DNA of 64,000 nucleotides from an uncultured Actinomycetes bacterium (GTDB lineage Bacteria > Actinomycetota > UBA4738 > JBBDTT01), in the NCBI GenBank assembly GCA_963742735.1, contig CAVUMN010000004.1, positions 1,344,001-1,408,000 of the forward strand, given 5' to 3'. Positions 54,418-64,000 of this stretch are shown piece after piece. Made by a program: the position numbers and the translations under genes. Below the pieces are notes generated by a model. The model made no database searches, was not told the DNA's origin, and saw only the letters and a list, made by a program, of their open reading frames with translations. Numbering within the stretch: the first letter of the stretch is position 1; each line of letters begins with the position of its first letter.

Positions 54418-54665
54418 GCGGAGGAGATCGAATCGACGACCGCTCGCGCCTCGTCGTAGCGGTCACGCTCGACCAGCACGTCGAAGGTCGGGTGCAGCAT
54501 CTTCCCGTAGTACGACGCGTAGTCCGGCGGGTCGACCCGGGCGGGGATGCCCTCGGACACGAGGCGGCCCGCCATGAGGTAGGCCTCCTCGTACGGGAGC
54601 TTGCACACGACCGCGCTCTCGACCCGGAACGGTTTGGCCGCTTCCGGTTCGACGGGTGGGTTCAC
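54414..54665 (-). CDS. Small DUF2007-like protein
   Basis: EA.L..GRL.SEGI.A and VLV.....EAR patterns. GTGA overlaps on both sides. Confidence 0.65.
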   Translation of the reverse strand: MNPPVEPEAAKPFRVESAVVCKLPYEEAYLMAGRLVSEGIPARVDPPDYASYYGKMLHPTFDVLVERDRYDEARAVVDSISSA

Positions 54666-54919
54666 TTTGCGTCGCCGCGGCCCATCCGGGGGTCCGAGGT
54701 GCCTCGGTTCGCGTACGGACCGCGGGTCGTCTCGCGCCACGCGGTCCCCGCGATCTGATGGCGGATCTGCAGCGCTCCCTGCCGAAGGTTCATGGCCCGC
54801 CCCGCCAGTGCCCAGGCCGACGGCCGCGCCCGCCCCGTCTCGAGGTAGCGCTCGAGGGCGTCGAGGATCGCCCGCTCCTGCTCGGGGGTCACGCCCTCGG
54901 GAACCTGGAACGAGCTCAC
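54662..54919 (-). CDS. Probable acyl-CoA carboxylase epsilon-like small subunit
   Basis: 85 aa with [10 protein letters not shown] and SAW..AGR. Coupled directly after the carboxyltransferase. Confidence 0.6.
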   Translation of the reverse strand: MSSFQVPEGVTPEQERAILDALERYLETGRARPSAWALAGRAMNLRQGALQIRHQIAGTAWRETTRGPYANRGTSDPRMGRGDAK

Positions 54920-56511
54920 AGCGGGATGTTGCCATGCTTGCGCGAGGGGACCGCCTCGCGCTTGGTGGCGAGCATCCGCAGGGCCTGGATGAGCCGGGGG
55001 CGGGTCTCGGCCGGGTCGATCACGTCGTCGACGTAGCCGCGCTCGGCGGCGATGAACGGGTTCGCGAAGCGCTCCTGGTACTCCTGGATGAGCTCGGCGC
55101 GCCGGGCGGGCTGGTCCTCGGCCTGCTGGATCTCCTTGCGGTGGATGATGCTGACCGCACCCTCCGGGCCCATCACCGCGATCTCGGACATCGGCCAGGC
55201 GTACTCGATGTCCGCGCGGATGTGCTTCGAGTTCATGACGACGTACGCGCCGCCGTAGGCCTTGCGGGTGATGACGGTGACCCGGGGGACGGTGGCCTCG
55301 GTGAAGGCGTAGAGGAGCTTCGCGCCACGCCGGATGATCCCGCCGTACTCCTGCGCCGTCCCCGGGAGGAACCCCGGCACGTCGACGAACGTGACGAGGG
55401 GGATGTTGAACGCGTCGCAGAACCGCACGAACCGGGCCGCCTTCTCGCTCGACTCCATGTCCAGCGTGCCGGCGAGGACCTTCGGCTGGTTGGCCACGAT
55501 GCCGATGCTGCGGCCGTCCAGGCGCGCGAACCCGGTGAGGATGTTCATGGCCCACAACGCGGACACCTCGTAGAAGTCGCCGTCGTCGACCACCCGGCGG
55601 ATGACGTCCTTCATGTCGTAGGGCTCGCGCGGGTTCGGCGGGACCAGCTTGGCGAGCTCCTCGTCGCGGCGTTCCGGGTCGTCGCTGGGGGCGTAGGCCG
55701 GCGGGTCCTCCAGGTTGTTCGACGGCAGGAACGAGAGCAGGTAGCGGACCTGAGCCAGGCAGTCCTCCTCGTCCTCGGCCACGAAGTTGGCGACGCCCGA
55801 GCGGCTGGCGTGGGTCAGCGCGCCCCCGAGCTCCTCCTGCGTGACGTCCTCGCCGGTGACCGTCTTGATCACGTCCGGGCCGGTGATGAACATGTGCGAG
55901 GTGTCCTTGACCATGTAGATGAAGTCCGTCATGGCCGGGGAGTACACGGCGCCGCCCGCGCACGGACCCATGATCAGGCTGATCTGCGGGATCACGCCGC
56001 TCGAACGAACGTTGCGGTCGAAGATGTAGCCGTAGCCGGCGAGGGACGCGGCGCCCTCCTGGATCCGAGCTCCGCCCGAGTCGTTGATCCCGATCACCGG
56101 CGCCCCGGTGGCCGCCGCCAGGTCCATGATCTTGCAGACCTTCTCGGCGAACGTCTCGCCCAGCGACCCCCCGAAGATCGTGAAGTCCTGCGAGAAGACG
56201 AACACCTTGCGCCCGTCCACCGTTCCCCATCCGGTGACGACGCCGTCGCCGTACGGCCGCTTCTTCTCGATGCCGAACGCGTGGACCCGGTGGCGGGCGA
56301 GCATGTCGGTCTCCACGAACGAGCCCGGATCGAGGAGCTTCTCGACCCGCTCGCGGGCCGTCAGCTTGCCCCGAGAGTGCTGCTTCTCGATGGCCTCGGC
56401 GCCGCCGGCCTGCAGCGCCTCCGCCCGGATGTTCCGCAGCTGCTCGAGCCGCTCCTCGGCGGAATGCGCCGGCAGCTCCTCCTCGCCCTTCGACGTCTTG
56501 CGGATGGCCAT
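54916..56511 (-). CDS. pccB: Propionyl-CoA carboxylase beta subunit
   Basis: [44 protein letters not shown] and KHGNIPL motifs. Confidence 0.92.
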   Translation of the reverse strand: MAIRKTSKGEEELPAHSAEERLEQLRNIRAEALQAGGAEAIEKQHSRGKLTARERVEKLLDPGSFVETDMLARHRVHAFGIEKKRPYGDGVVTGWGTVDGRKVFVFSQDFTIFGGSLGETFAEKVCKIMDLAAATGAPVIGINDSGGARIQEGAASLAGYGYIFDRNVRSSGVIPQISLIMGPCAGGAVYSPAMTDFIYMVKDTSHMFITGPDVIKTVTGEDVTQEELGGALTHASRSGVANFVAEDEEDCLAQVRYLLSFLPSNNLEDPPAYAPSDDPERRDEELAKLVPPNPREPYDMKDVIRRVVDDGDFYEVSALWAMNILTGFARLDGRSIGIVANQPKVLAGTLDMESSEKAARFVRFCDAFNIPLVTFVDVPGFLPGTAQEYGGIIRRGAKLLYAFTEATVPRVTVITRKAYGGAYVVMNSKHIRADIEYAWPMSEIAVMGPEGAVSIIHRKEIQQAEDQPARRAELIQEYQERFANPFIAAERGYVDDVIDPAETRPRLIQALRMLATKREAVPSRKHGNIPL

Positions 56512-56522
56512 CGCGGGCGAGT

Positions 56523-56951
56523 TTATCCGCCCCAGGCGAACAGCCCGGTCTCCTCGTCGAAGTTGCGGACCGGCGGCTCGCCGTTCAGGGCGCGGACGTA
56601 GCCCTCGGCGAGGAACACGATCGAGCCCGGCATGACGTGGCCACCGTTGGCGTCGCCGTTCGCTCCGCTCGCCACGACGTGCAGATGCACGAACGGCTCC
56701 CCGTCCTTGATCGAGACGTTGCCGATCCCGCTGGCGATCTCGAATCCGCTGGCGTACTCGTGCGTCCGGTACTCGCGGGCGTCCTGGTCGTAGTAGCCGA
56801 GCACCAGATTCGAGGTCGCCCCGATCACCTGGAGCGTTCCCGCCCGCAGCCCCAGCTCGTTGACGCCGGCCGTGAGCCCCTCCAAGAGGTCGTCACCCTT
56901 GCCCAGGCGGATGAACGCCGCCTGCCCGTCGTTCGATGGATAGGTCCTCAC
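56523..56951 (-). CDS. PPC/DUF296 domain protein
   Basis: RL..GDDL, EI.S..GN, H.H and GGH motifs. Confidence 0.85.
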   Translation of the reverse strand: MRTYPSNDGQAAFIRLGKGDDLLEGLTAGVNELGLRAGTLQVIGATSNLVLGYYDQDAREYRTHEYASGFEIASGIGNVSIKDGEPFVHLHVVASGANGDANGGHVMPGSIVFLAEGYVRALNGEPPVRNFDEETGLFAWGG

Positions 56952-57544
56952 GTGCGTCTGCCTCCGATCGTCAGGGCGCGCCGCATGACCACGGCGTCCT
57001 CGGACTCTCCGGCCGCCGAGAAGCCGTGGAGCTCGAACAGGTGGGTCGTGCCCAGGTAGTTGCGTCCGGGCCGGGGCGAGGGCTCCTTCCACGGGTAGGC
57101 CTCGGCCGCCGTCAGCCCGAGCTCGCGGAACCGCTCCACCGCCGCGCGGAGCAGCACCCCGGGGAGGCCCTGGCGCCGGTGGCTCGCCGCCAGGTTGAAG
57201 CACACGATCCCGCCGATGCCGGCCAGCTCCTCGTCGGTGCGGTTCAGCCGGTACTCGGGGTTCTGCATCTGTGCGAGGGGTTCGGCGTGGCACCACCCCA
57301 CGACCTTGCCGCCCTCGTAGGCGAGGAGCCCGGTGTGGGTCCCCTCGGCGATCAGTTCGGTCATCGCCGTCTTGTTGTGGTCGCGGGTCTCGGTGTCCGC
57401 GGCCGAGGAGCTCCCGGCCCAGTGGCCCTCCCGGCAGTAGCAGCCCTCCCAGTCCGGGTTGCCGCCGAAGGCGTCGTGCTCCATGAAGTAGACGTAGTCC
57501 TCCAGGAGCTCGGGGCCGAGCACGCGGATCTCGATGTTGCGCAT
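56948..57544 (-). CDS. GNAT family acetyltransferase
   Basis: W..CYC, VGWC, CF..A..HRRQG, EAYP and Y.G...LF...GF motifs. Confidence 0.85.
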   Translation of the reverse strand: MRNIEIRVLGPELLEDYVYFMEHDAFGGNPDWEGCYCREGHWAGSSSAADTETRDHNKTAMTELIAEGTHTGLLAYEGGKVVGWCHAEPLAQMQNPEYRLNRTDEELAGIGGIVCFNLAASHRRQGLPGVLLRAAVERFRELGLTAAEAYPWKEPSPRPGRNYLGTTHLFELHGFSAAGESEDAVVMRRALTIGGRRT

Positions 57545-57597
57545 CCGAGGGTTCTAGCACCGAAGCGCTGTCACTGCCTGCCCGTACGATGCGGGCT

Positions 57598-58536
57598 GTG
57601 GATGGCGTCACCCCGGTCCAGCAGCGGACCCTCGACCAGCTCATGGGCCGCGCCCACGCGCGTCCCGAGTTCCCGGCCGACCTCTCCGAGCGGCTGCGTG
57701 ACCGGATACAGAAGGGCCTCGAGGGCCTGGCCTTCGATCCGCCGCTGTGGGTTTCCAAGTCACGTCTGAACGATCACGGCCGGTGCGAGGGACTGTTCCT
57801 GTCCGGCCTGCAGGGCGACGGCCCGCCCTTCGAGCACCGCTTGAAGTCCGCGGCCGGCGCCCTTGCCCACAAGGCCATCGAGATCGACGTCGGACGGGAG
57901 CGCGAGGACGCCAGCCCCGAGCTGGTGGCGGACTCGGCGGAGCGTCTCGCCGAGAAGGACGGCTCGTTCGCCTCCTACTGGGAGCGCATCGATCCCATAG
58001 AACGCTCCGAGGTGTGCGCCGAGGCCGTGCGACTCGTCGAGCAGTTCCGGGCGTCCTTCCCGCCGCTGCAGCGGGCGTGGACGCCGGTGACCGAATGGTC
58101 GATCAAGGCCGAGTTCGGCGACGTCACCGTCTCGGGACGCGTCGATCTGGTGATGGGACGCGAGGACCCGCAGGACCCGATGCGGGCCCGGCGGCTCGCA
58201 CTGGATCTGAAGTCAGGGAGCGCCTGGCCGGAGTTCCCGGAGGACATGCGCCTGTACGCGCTCCTGCTCACCCTTCGGCACGGGGTGCCGCCCTTCCGGG
58301 TGGCAAGCATCTTTCTCGACTCCGGCGAGTGGCAGGCCGAGGATGTCGAGGAGCACATCCTGTTCCACGCGGCCGACCGGCTGATCGCGGCGGTCCGCTC
58401 GGCGGCCGAGCTCCTGGCGGGGACCGAGCCGCGGCTCACGCCGGGGAGCTACTGCTCGTGGTGCCCGCGCCGCGACACGTGCCCGGCCTACGCGGAGTAC
58501 GTGGCTGGTTCGGTCGATTCGACCGGCCCCGAGTAG
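57598..58536 (+). CDS. PD-(D/E)XK RecB/Cas4-like nuclease with four Cys
   Basis: SKS.L....C, G..AH, E, GRVD, DLKSG, and C-terminal CSWCP....C. Confidence 0.82.
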   Translation: MDGVTPVQQRTLDQLMGRAHARPEFPADLSERLRDRIQKGLEGLAFDPPLWVSKSRLNDHGRCEGLFLSGLQGDGPPFEHRLKSAAGALAHKAIEIDVGREREDASPELVADSAERLAEKDGSFASYWERIDPIERSEVCAEAVRLVEQFRASFPPLQRAWTPVTEWSIKAEFGDVTVSGRVDLVMGREDPQDPMRARRLALDLKSGSAWPEFPEDMRLYALLLTLRHGVPPFRVASIFLDSGEWQAEDVEEHILFHAADRLIAAVRSAAELLAGTEPRLTPGSYCSWCPRRDTCPAYAEYVAGSVDSTGPE

Positions 58537-58580
58537 AGTCGGGCCCGAACCATCGCCGACCCCCGAAAGGACCCGCTCCC

Positions 58581-59525
58581 ATGTCTCGACGTCTCCTCGC
58601 GTTCGGCGCCGCCCTGACCGTGGCCCTCGCCGGCTGCAGCGACGACCCACCCGACAGCTCGGATCAGGGCGTTCCGGGTCGGGGACCGGCGGCCCCGGCG
58701 ACCAGCAGCCCGGCCGCCGGCCCGAACCTGATCGCGTTCACCAACCTGGCGGAGGGCGACCCGGAGATCTTCGTCATCGCGCCCGACGGCAGCGGCCAGA
58801 CGCGCCTCACCGAGGACCCGGCGGGGGACGTTCACCCCGCGTGGTCGCCCGACGGCACCCGCATCGCGTTCACCAGCGACCGGGGCGGGGCCGAGGCCAT
58901 CCACGTGATGAACGCCGACGGGTCCGACCCGCGGCCGCTGGTCGACGTCGCCGACCCCGACAGCGGCGACACCCAGGACTGGGCCGCGTGGAGCCCCGAC
59001 GGCGAGCGGATCGCCTTCGTCGAGGGCGGCGGCATCTTCACGGTGGCCGCCGACGGCTCGGACCGGCAGACCGTCCTGGAGGACGACGCCTTCTACCGGG
59101 AGCTCGACTGGTCGCCCGACGGTGACACGCTGGCCTACGCCTCGAACAAGATCGACGGCGACTACGAGGTGTTCGCCGTGGACGTGGCGAGCGGCGAGGA
59201 GACCCGCCTGACCACCCTCGAGGGGTTCGACGGCAACGTCGCCTGGTCGCCGGACGGCGAGACCATCGGTTTCAGCACCAACGACGACGAGCTGCAGCCG
59301 ATCGCCCTCATGAACGCGGACGGATCGAACCAGCGAGCCCTGATCTCGGGGAGCATCGCGATCGTCGGCGGGTGCACGTTCTCGCCCGACGGCTCGCGCG
59401 TCGCCTTCGTGAGCAGCGAGACGGGCGACTCGCAGCTCTGGACGATCGCCGTCGACGGGTCCGGCAAGGAGCAGGTGACCGAGGACGCGGACCTCGCCGA
59501 GTTCGACCCGCAGTGGTCGGCGTAG
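58581..59525 (+). CDS. TolB-like (PD40) beta-propeller lipoprotein
   Basis: LAGC lipobox and repeated WSPDG..IAF units. Confidence 0.88.
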   Translation: MSRRLLAFGAALTVALAGCSDDPPDSSDQGVPGRGPAAPATSSPAAGPNLIAFTNLAEGDPEIFVIAPDGSGQTRLTEDPAGDVHPAWSPDGTRIAFTSDRGGAEAIHVMNADGSDPRPLVDVADPDSGDTQDWAAWSPDGERIAFVEGGGIFTVAADGSDRQTVLEDDAFYRELDWSPDGDTLAYASNKIDGDYEVFAVDVASGEETRLTTLEGFDGNVAWSPDGETIGFSTNDDELQPIALMNADGSNQRALISGSIAIVGGCTFSPDGSRVAFVSSETGDSQLWTIAVDGSGKEQVTEDADLAEFDPQWSA

Positions 59526-59564
59526 GTACCCTTCGGGGAAACCCGAGCGAGGAGACCTTCACGC

Positions 59565-60812
59565 ATGCCCAAGGACCTCTACGAGATCGGTGAGATCCCC
59601 CCCGTCGGCGAGGTGCCGGCGCGGATGTACGCCCAGGTAATCCGCCCTGAGCGCTTCGGCGAGCCCGAGAAGGCGTTCCAGGTCGAGGAGATCGAGATCC
59701 CCGAGGTCGGCCCGCACGACGCGCTCGTGCTGGTGATGGCCGCGGGCATCAACTACAACAACGTGTGGGCCGCGCTGGGAATCCCCGTGGACGTGACGAA
59801 GGTCCACGGACGCTTCGGCGAGCCCGACGACTTCCACATCGGCGGCTCCGACGCCAGCGGCGTCGTCTACGCGGTGGGCGACCAGGTCACGAACGTCAAG
59901 GTCGGCGACCACGTGGTCGTCCACTGCGGACAGTGGGATCCGGACGATCCGGTGGCCGCGGCGGGTGGGGACCCCATGTTCGGCCCGTCGTTCCGCATCT
60001 GGGGCTACGAGTCGAACTGGGGCTCGTTCGCCCAGTTCACGAAGGTCCAGGCTCACCAGTGCATGCCCAAAGCCCCGCACCTCACGTGGGAGGCAGCCGC
60101 CGCGCCGACGCTCGTCGGCGCCACCGCGTACCGGATGCTCCACGGCTGGCCGCCGAACGAGGTGAAGGAGGGGGACGCCGTCCTGGTGTGGGGCGGCGCC
60201 GGCGGCCTCGGAACCATGGCCATCCAGCTCGTGCGTGAGGCCGGCGGCAAGGCGGTCGCCGTCGTGTCCAGCGAGGAGAAGATCGAGTACTGCAAGCGCC
60301 TCGGCGCGGTCGGCGCGATCAACCGCAAGGAGTTCGACCACTGGGGGATGCTGCCCCACTGGAAGGACGACGAGGGCTTCAAGGCGTGGATGGGCGGCGC
60401 CAAGGCGTTCGGCAAGGCCTTCTGGGACGCCCTCGGGGAGAAGCGCGGCCCGAACATCGTCTTCGAGCACCCCGGCGAGGACACCGTCCCGACGTCGATC
60501 TTCATGTGCGACACCGGCGGCATGGTCGTGATCTGCGCCGGGACCACGGGCTACAACGCGGTCGTGGACCTCCGGTACCTGTGGATGCGCCAGAAGCGGT
60601 TCCAGGGCTCGCACTTCGCCAACGACGAGCAGTCGAACGCGTTCAACGACCTGGTGGTGGCCGGGAAGATCGATCCCTGCATGGCCGAGCCGGTGTTCGG
60701 CTTCGAGGAGATCGGCAACGCCCACCAGCTGATGTCCGAGAACCGCCATCCCGAGGGGAACATGGCCGCCCTCGTGTCGGCGCCCACGACCGGGCTGACC
60801 GACCTGCCCTGA
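59565..60812 (+). CDS. ccr: Crotonyl-CoA carboxylase/reductase
   Basis: [37 protein letters not shown] and [14 protein letters not shown] motifs. Confidence 0.95.
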   Translation: MPKDLYEIGEIPPVGEVPARMYAQVIRPERFGEPEKAFQVEEIEIPEVGPHDALVLVMAAGINYNNVWAALGIPVDVTKVHGRFGEPDDFHIGGSDASGVVYAVGDQVTNVKVGDHVVVHCGQWDPDDPVAAAGGDPMFGPSFRIWGYESNWGSFAQFTKVQAHQCMPKAPHLTWEAAAAPTLVGATAYRMLHGWPPNEVKEGDAVLVWGGAGGLGTMAIQLVREAGGKAVAVVSSEEKIEYCKRLGAVGAINRKEFDHWGMLPHWKDDEGFKAWMGGAKAFGKAFWDALGEKRGPNIVFEHPGEDTVPTSIFMCDTGGMVVICAGTTGYNAVVDLRYLWMRQKRFQGSHFANDEQSNAFNDLVVAGKIDPCMAEPVFGFEEIGNAHQLMSENRHPEGNMAALVSAPTTGLTDLP

Positions 60813-62204
60813 CGAACGAGCGCTACGACCTCGTCGTCATCGGCTCCGGCCCCGCCGGAGAGAAGGGGGCGGCGCAGGCCGCCTACGCCGGCAAGCGGGT
60901 CGCGATCGTCGAGCGGGACACGCCGGGAGGCGCGGCCGTGCGCCAGGCCGTCGTCCCGTCCAAGACCCTGCGAGAGACGGCCCAGTACCTGACGGGATTC
61001 CGCCGGCGCGCGATCTACGGGGTGAGCCTCAGTCTGGAGCCCGACGTGGCCGTCGAGCGGCTCCAGGCCCGGCGAGCGGCCGTCGTCGACGCACTGACCG
61101 AGGCCGTGCGAAGCAACCTGGACGCCCACGGGATCGAGCTCATCGGCGGGCACGCCCGGCTGGAGGCCGGCCGGCGGGTGCGCGTCGGCGAGCGGGTCCT
61201 CGAGGCCGACGCGGTCTTGATCGCGACCGGGGCCCGGCCGTTCCACCCCCCGGACGTGCCGTTCGAGGATGCCGACGTCCACGACTCGGAGGAGATCCTG
61301 GTCATCGACCGGATTCCCGCGTCAATCACCGTCATCGGCGGCGGGGTCATCGGGGCCGAGTACGCGTCGGTGTTCGTGGCCCTCGGCTCGCAGGTCACCC
61401 TGGTGCACGCCGGCCCACGGATCCTGCCGCTGGCGGACGCCGAGATCTCCGAGCAGCTCGCCGTCACCTTCGCCGAGTACGGGATGCGGGTCATCACGGG
61501 CGTTCGCGCCGAGTCCATCGAACGCGAGGGAGACCGGGTGGTGGTCAACCTCGCCGGCGGCGAGCGGCTGGTCAGCGAGAAGATCCTCTTCTCGCTGGGG
61601 CAGACCGGGAACACCGAGGGGATGGGTCTCGAGGAGGCCGGTGTGGCGATGGACGAGCGCGGCCGGATCGAGGTCGACGAGCCACTACCAAACGACGGCC
61701 GAACGGATCTACGCCGCGGGCGACGTGATCGGCCCGCCGGCTCTGGCCTCCACCGGGATGGAGCAGGGGCGAGTGGCCGTCTGCCACGCGTTCGACATCC
61801 CGTTCAAACGCATGGTGGACCCACTGACACCCATGGGCGTCTACACGATCCCCGAGGTGGCCATGGTGGGGTTGACGGAGGAGCAGGCCAACGAGCTGGG
61901 CGAGGAGTACGAGGTCGGCCGGGCCTGGTTCATCCGCAACCCGCGGGCGCAGATCGCGGGGTTCACCGACGGCCTCGTGAAGCTCGTCTTCCGCAAGGCC
62001 GACCGAAAGCTCCTCGGAGTCCACATCCTGGGCGACGCCGCCAGCGAGCTCATCCACATCGGCCAGGCCGCTCTCGCCGACGGCCACCGCATCGACCGGT
62101 TCATCCACGCGACGTTCAACGTCCCCACCCGGGCAGACGCCTACAAGTACGCGGCCTACGACGGGCTCCAGCGGCTGTCGGGGAAGGTCGTCTCGCCGCA
62201 CTGA
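60809..62204 (+). CDS. sthA: Soluble pyridine nucleotide transhydrogenase-like flavoprotein (one frameshift at ~61682)
   Basis: [17 protein letters not shown] (no redox CxxxxC), GGGVIGAEY, then [13 protein letters not shown] and FN.PT..AYK.AA in the next frame. Confidence 0.82.
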
Positions 62205-62222
62205 GCGGCCGGGGCGCTAAGG

Positions 62223-62627
62223 CTAGGGCTCCTGAACCAGCTCCACCAGCACGCCCAGGAACCCCTTGGGGTGGGCGAAGGCGACGGTGGTTCCCCGCGA
62301 GCCGGGCCGGCCGGCTTCGTCGACGAGCGGGACTCCCTCGGCCTTCAGGTGCTCGAGGACGGCGTCGAGGTCGTCGACGCGATAGCCGATGTGATGCACG
62401 CCCTCGCCCTTGCGTTCCAGGAATTTGCCCACGGGCGTGTCCGGGCCCGTCGCCGCGAGCAGCTGGATGTAGGAGCTGCCCACCGCGAACAGGACCTCCT
62501 CGACGCCCTGGTCGGGAACGGTCTCCCGGTGAACGGGCTCGACTCCCAGGGTGCGCCGGTAGTGCTCGACGGCGGCCTCGAGATCCTCCACGGCGATTCC
62601 GATGTGGTCGACGTCGGTCAGGTTCAC
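62223..62627 (-). CDS. mce: Methylmalonyl/ethylmalonyl-CoA epimerase
   Basis: DHIGIAV, QGV, GEGVHHI, F.HPK and GVLVELVQ motifs. Confidence 0.92.
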   Translation of the reverse strand: MNLTDVDHIGIAVEDLEAAVEHYRRTLGVEPVHRETVPDQGVEEVLFAVGSSYIQLLAATGPDTPVGKFLERKGEGVHHIGYRVDDLDAVLEHLKAEGVPLVDEAGRPGSRGTTVAFAHPKGFLGVLVELVQEP

Positions 62628-62998
62628 GGGCTCCTCCGGCGGCGCGCGGCGGGCGGCTCGGGTTGGAGCCGCGCGATCAGCGCGTACGCCGCCGGGAGAT
62701 GGTACGCGGGCGAGGCCAGGGCCTGCACCATGGCCGCCACCGCTTGCTGGCGGATGCCGTTGGCGGGCTCGTCCGCGCCGAGCGCGTAGAACTCGACCAG
62801 GTCCATGAACTGGCGGAGCGAGGGAACCAGGCCGCCGCGCTCGTAGGCATAGATCGTCTGCTGGGCGGCGGGACAGCCGTCCGCCGCCGCGGCGTCCGCG
62901 ACCGCGCGGAACCCGGCGGACTTCCGAAGGCCTCGGAGGAGTCCGCCGACGAGACGGGCGGTCTGCCCGTCGATCGGGGGCGCTTTCTTTCTCGGCAA
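62624..62998 (-). CDS. XRE-like helix-turn-helix protein
   Basis: G..LR.LR..AG and TIYAYERG..PS motifs. GTGA coupling to the epimerase. Confidence 0.7.
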   Translation of the reverse strand: MPRKKAPPIDGQTARLVGGLLRGLRKSAGFRAVADAAAADGCPAAQQTIYAYERGGLVPSLRQFMDLVEFYALGADEPANGIRQQAVAAMVQALASPAYHLPAAYALIARLQPEPPAARRRRSP

Positions 62999-63148
62999 GC
63001 TCGGTCTACCTCGGCGGGCACCTTACGCGAGCCGGGCGCCTGCCGCCATGGTCCCTTTTGAGGAATCCGTGGCCACTTTCGGACATACCGGCATCAATCG
63101 GGCAGGAACTCCCGTCCATCCGGCTCGCGGCGCGCGTGGCGCCCGTCG

Positions 63149-63787
63149 TTACTCGGGATCGACCGCCGAGAGGAAGTCCCACCAGGCGTCGAGCGCCCGG
63201 TTGGCGGCCTTCACGACCTCGACCTCCGAGCCGGCCAGGTCCGCGACGAGCTCCCGCTCGGCCGCGGCGTGGCCGGTGTCGGCCTCGATGTGCGCGGTGA
63301 AGAAGTCCGTTCCCGGCGCGCCCTCGATCCCGTAGTGCGCCTTCAGCCCGTCGATCTTGGACTGGGCGACCGCGGGGACCTGCGACTCGTACGCGTACAG
63401 GGCGGCCAGCCCGGCCGCGGGGGACTCGGCCGCCGCGTCCCGGTAGGCCTGGACGAGTGCCCGGGTCGCCGGGTTCGCCTCGGCGCCCAGGACGTCCTGA
63501 CGGTCCACGCCGATCGCCTCGGCGAAGCGCAGCCAGAGCTCGGCGTGGTTGTCCGGGCCGTGCTCCTCGTCCCACAGGTTGTCGAGGACCATCTGGCGCT
63601 GGGCGCGGTCCTCGATCCCGGTGTGGATCGCGGACAGGAACCGCGGGAACTCGGACTCGAAGGCGTAGTACTGGCGCGCGTATTCCTGGAGCGCTGCGAC
63701 CGGCAGCGTTCCCTCCGCCCACTTCGTGTAGAACGAATGGGTCAGCAGGTGACGTTCCTTCACGAGTGCGTCGACCGTGTCCAGCAT
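63149..63787 (-). CDS. CADD-family heme-oxygenase-like diiron protein (putative p-aminobenzoate synthase)
   Basis: HLL.H.FY..W..G, NL.DEE.G..NH..LW, LYAYESQ, KI.GL and F..H..AD..H motifs. Confidence 0.85.
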   Translation of the reverse strand: MLDTVDALVKERHLLTHSFYTKWAEGTLPVAALQEYARQYYAFESEFPRFLSAIHTGIEDRAQRQMVLDNLWDEEHGPDNHAELWLRFAEAIGVDRQDVLGAEANPATRALVQAYRDAAAESPAAGLAALYAYESQVPAVAQSKIDGLKAHYGIEGAPGTDFFTAHIEADTGHAAAERELVADLAGSEVEVVKAANRALDAWWDFLSAVDPE

Positions 63788-63920
63788 TCCTTCCCCTCCT
63801 TGCGTGGGCACCGTGGAACGCAAGCATGCCACGGACCGTGAGATTCGGTCCGCCCGGCTCGATCCGGCCAACTGACGACCGGCCCTACAATGATCGGCAG
63901 ACCTCGAAAGGAGCTCACGC

Positions 63921-64000
63921 GTGACCACCTCCGTGATCGTCTCAGGCGCCCGGACCCCGATCGGCAAGTTCGGCGGCACGTTCAAGGACCTCAAGGCCGT
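63921..64000 (+). CDS. Acetyl-CoA acetyltransferase (thiolase), 5' end
   Basis: VIVSGARTPIGKFGG..KD after RBS AAGGAG. Truncated by the window edge. Confidence 0.85.
   Translation, partial: MTTSVIVSGARTPIGKFGGTFKDLKA

Noticed and set aside
49595-54466. 1623-aa ORF
   Set aside because: Only the last 303 aa (the GT2, from GTG 50506) look real. The rest is Arg/Pro/Gly-rich off-frame translation.
57598-58536. Possible CRISPR-Cas locus suggested by the Cas4-like nuclease
   Set aside because: No repeat-spacer array or other cas genes are visible in the window.
59526-59564. TCGGG-GAAA-CCCGA hairpin before ccr
   Set aside because: A single short GNRA hairpin is too little to call a riboswitch or terminator.
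63000-63148. Cobalamin riboswitch near B12-pathway genes
   Set aside because: The conserved core elements (GGGAA...GCAACTGT, B12 box) are not recognisable on either strand.

Overview
High-GC, densely packed bacterial DNA. The gene families and frequent leaderless starts suggest Actinomycetota (inference). About 65 genes form a central-carbon supercluster. TCA enzymes: citrate synthase, two isocitrate dehydrogenase paralogs, Mdh, a two-subunit Fe-S fumarase, SdhCDAB and a citryl-CoA-lyase-like protein. Ethylmalonyl-CoA/propionyl-CoA enzymes: Ccr, Ecm, epimerase, Mcm, Pcc, Hbd and a thiolase. The window also holds a leucine-degradation-like module, two adenylate cyclase-ATPase-TPR sensors, secreted enzymes and a CADD-type diiron protein. 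I found no rRNA, tRNA, CRISPR array or IS element. Frameshifts at about 6.6-9.1 kb and at about 61.68 kb look like sequence errors. The most unusual signal is a 57-aa ORF missing from the ORF track, with (RAT)4-RAG repeats and a WVDNHNETL tail. It is coupled to a stand-alone TPR gene, has its own candidate promoter with a CRP-like box, and interrupts the leucine module. The second is a His-rich/Cys-rich small protein whose UGA is followed by a SECIS-like hairpin and an in-frame extension, making it a candidate selenoprotein.
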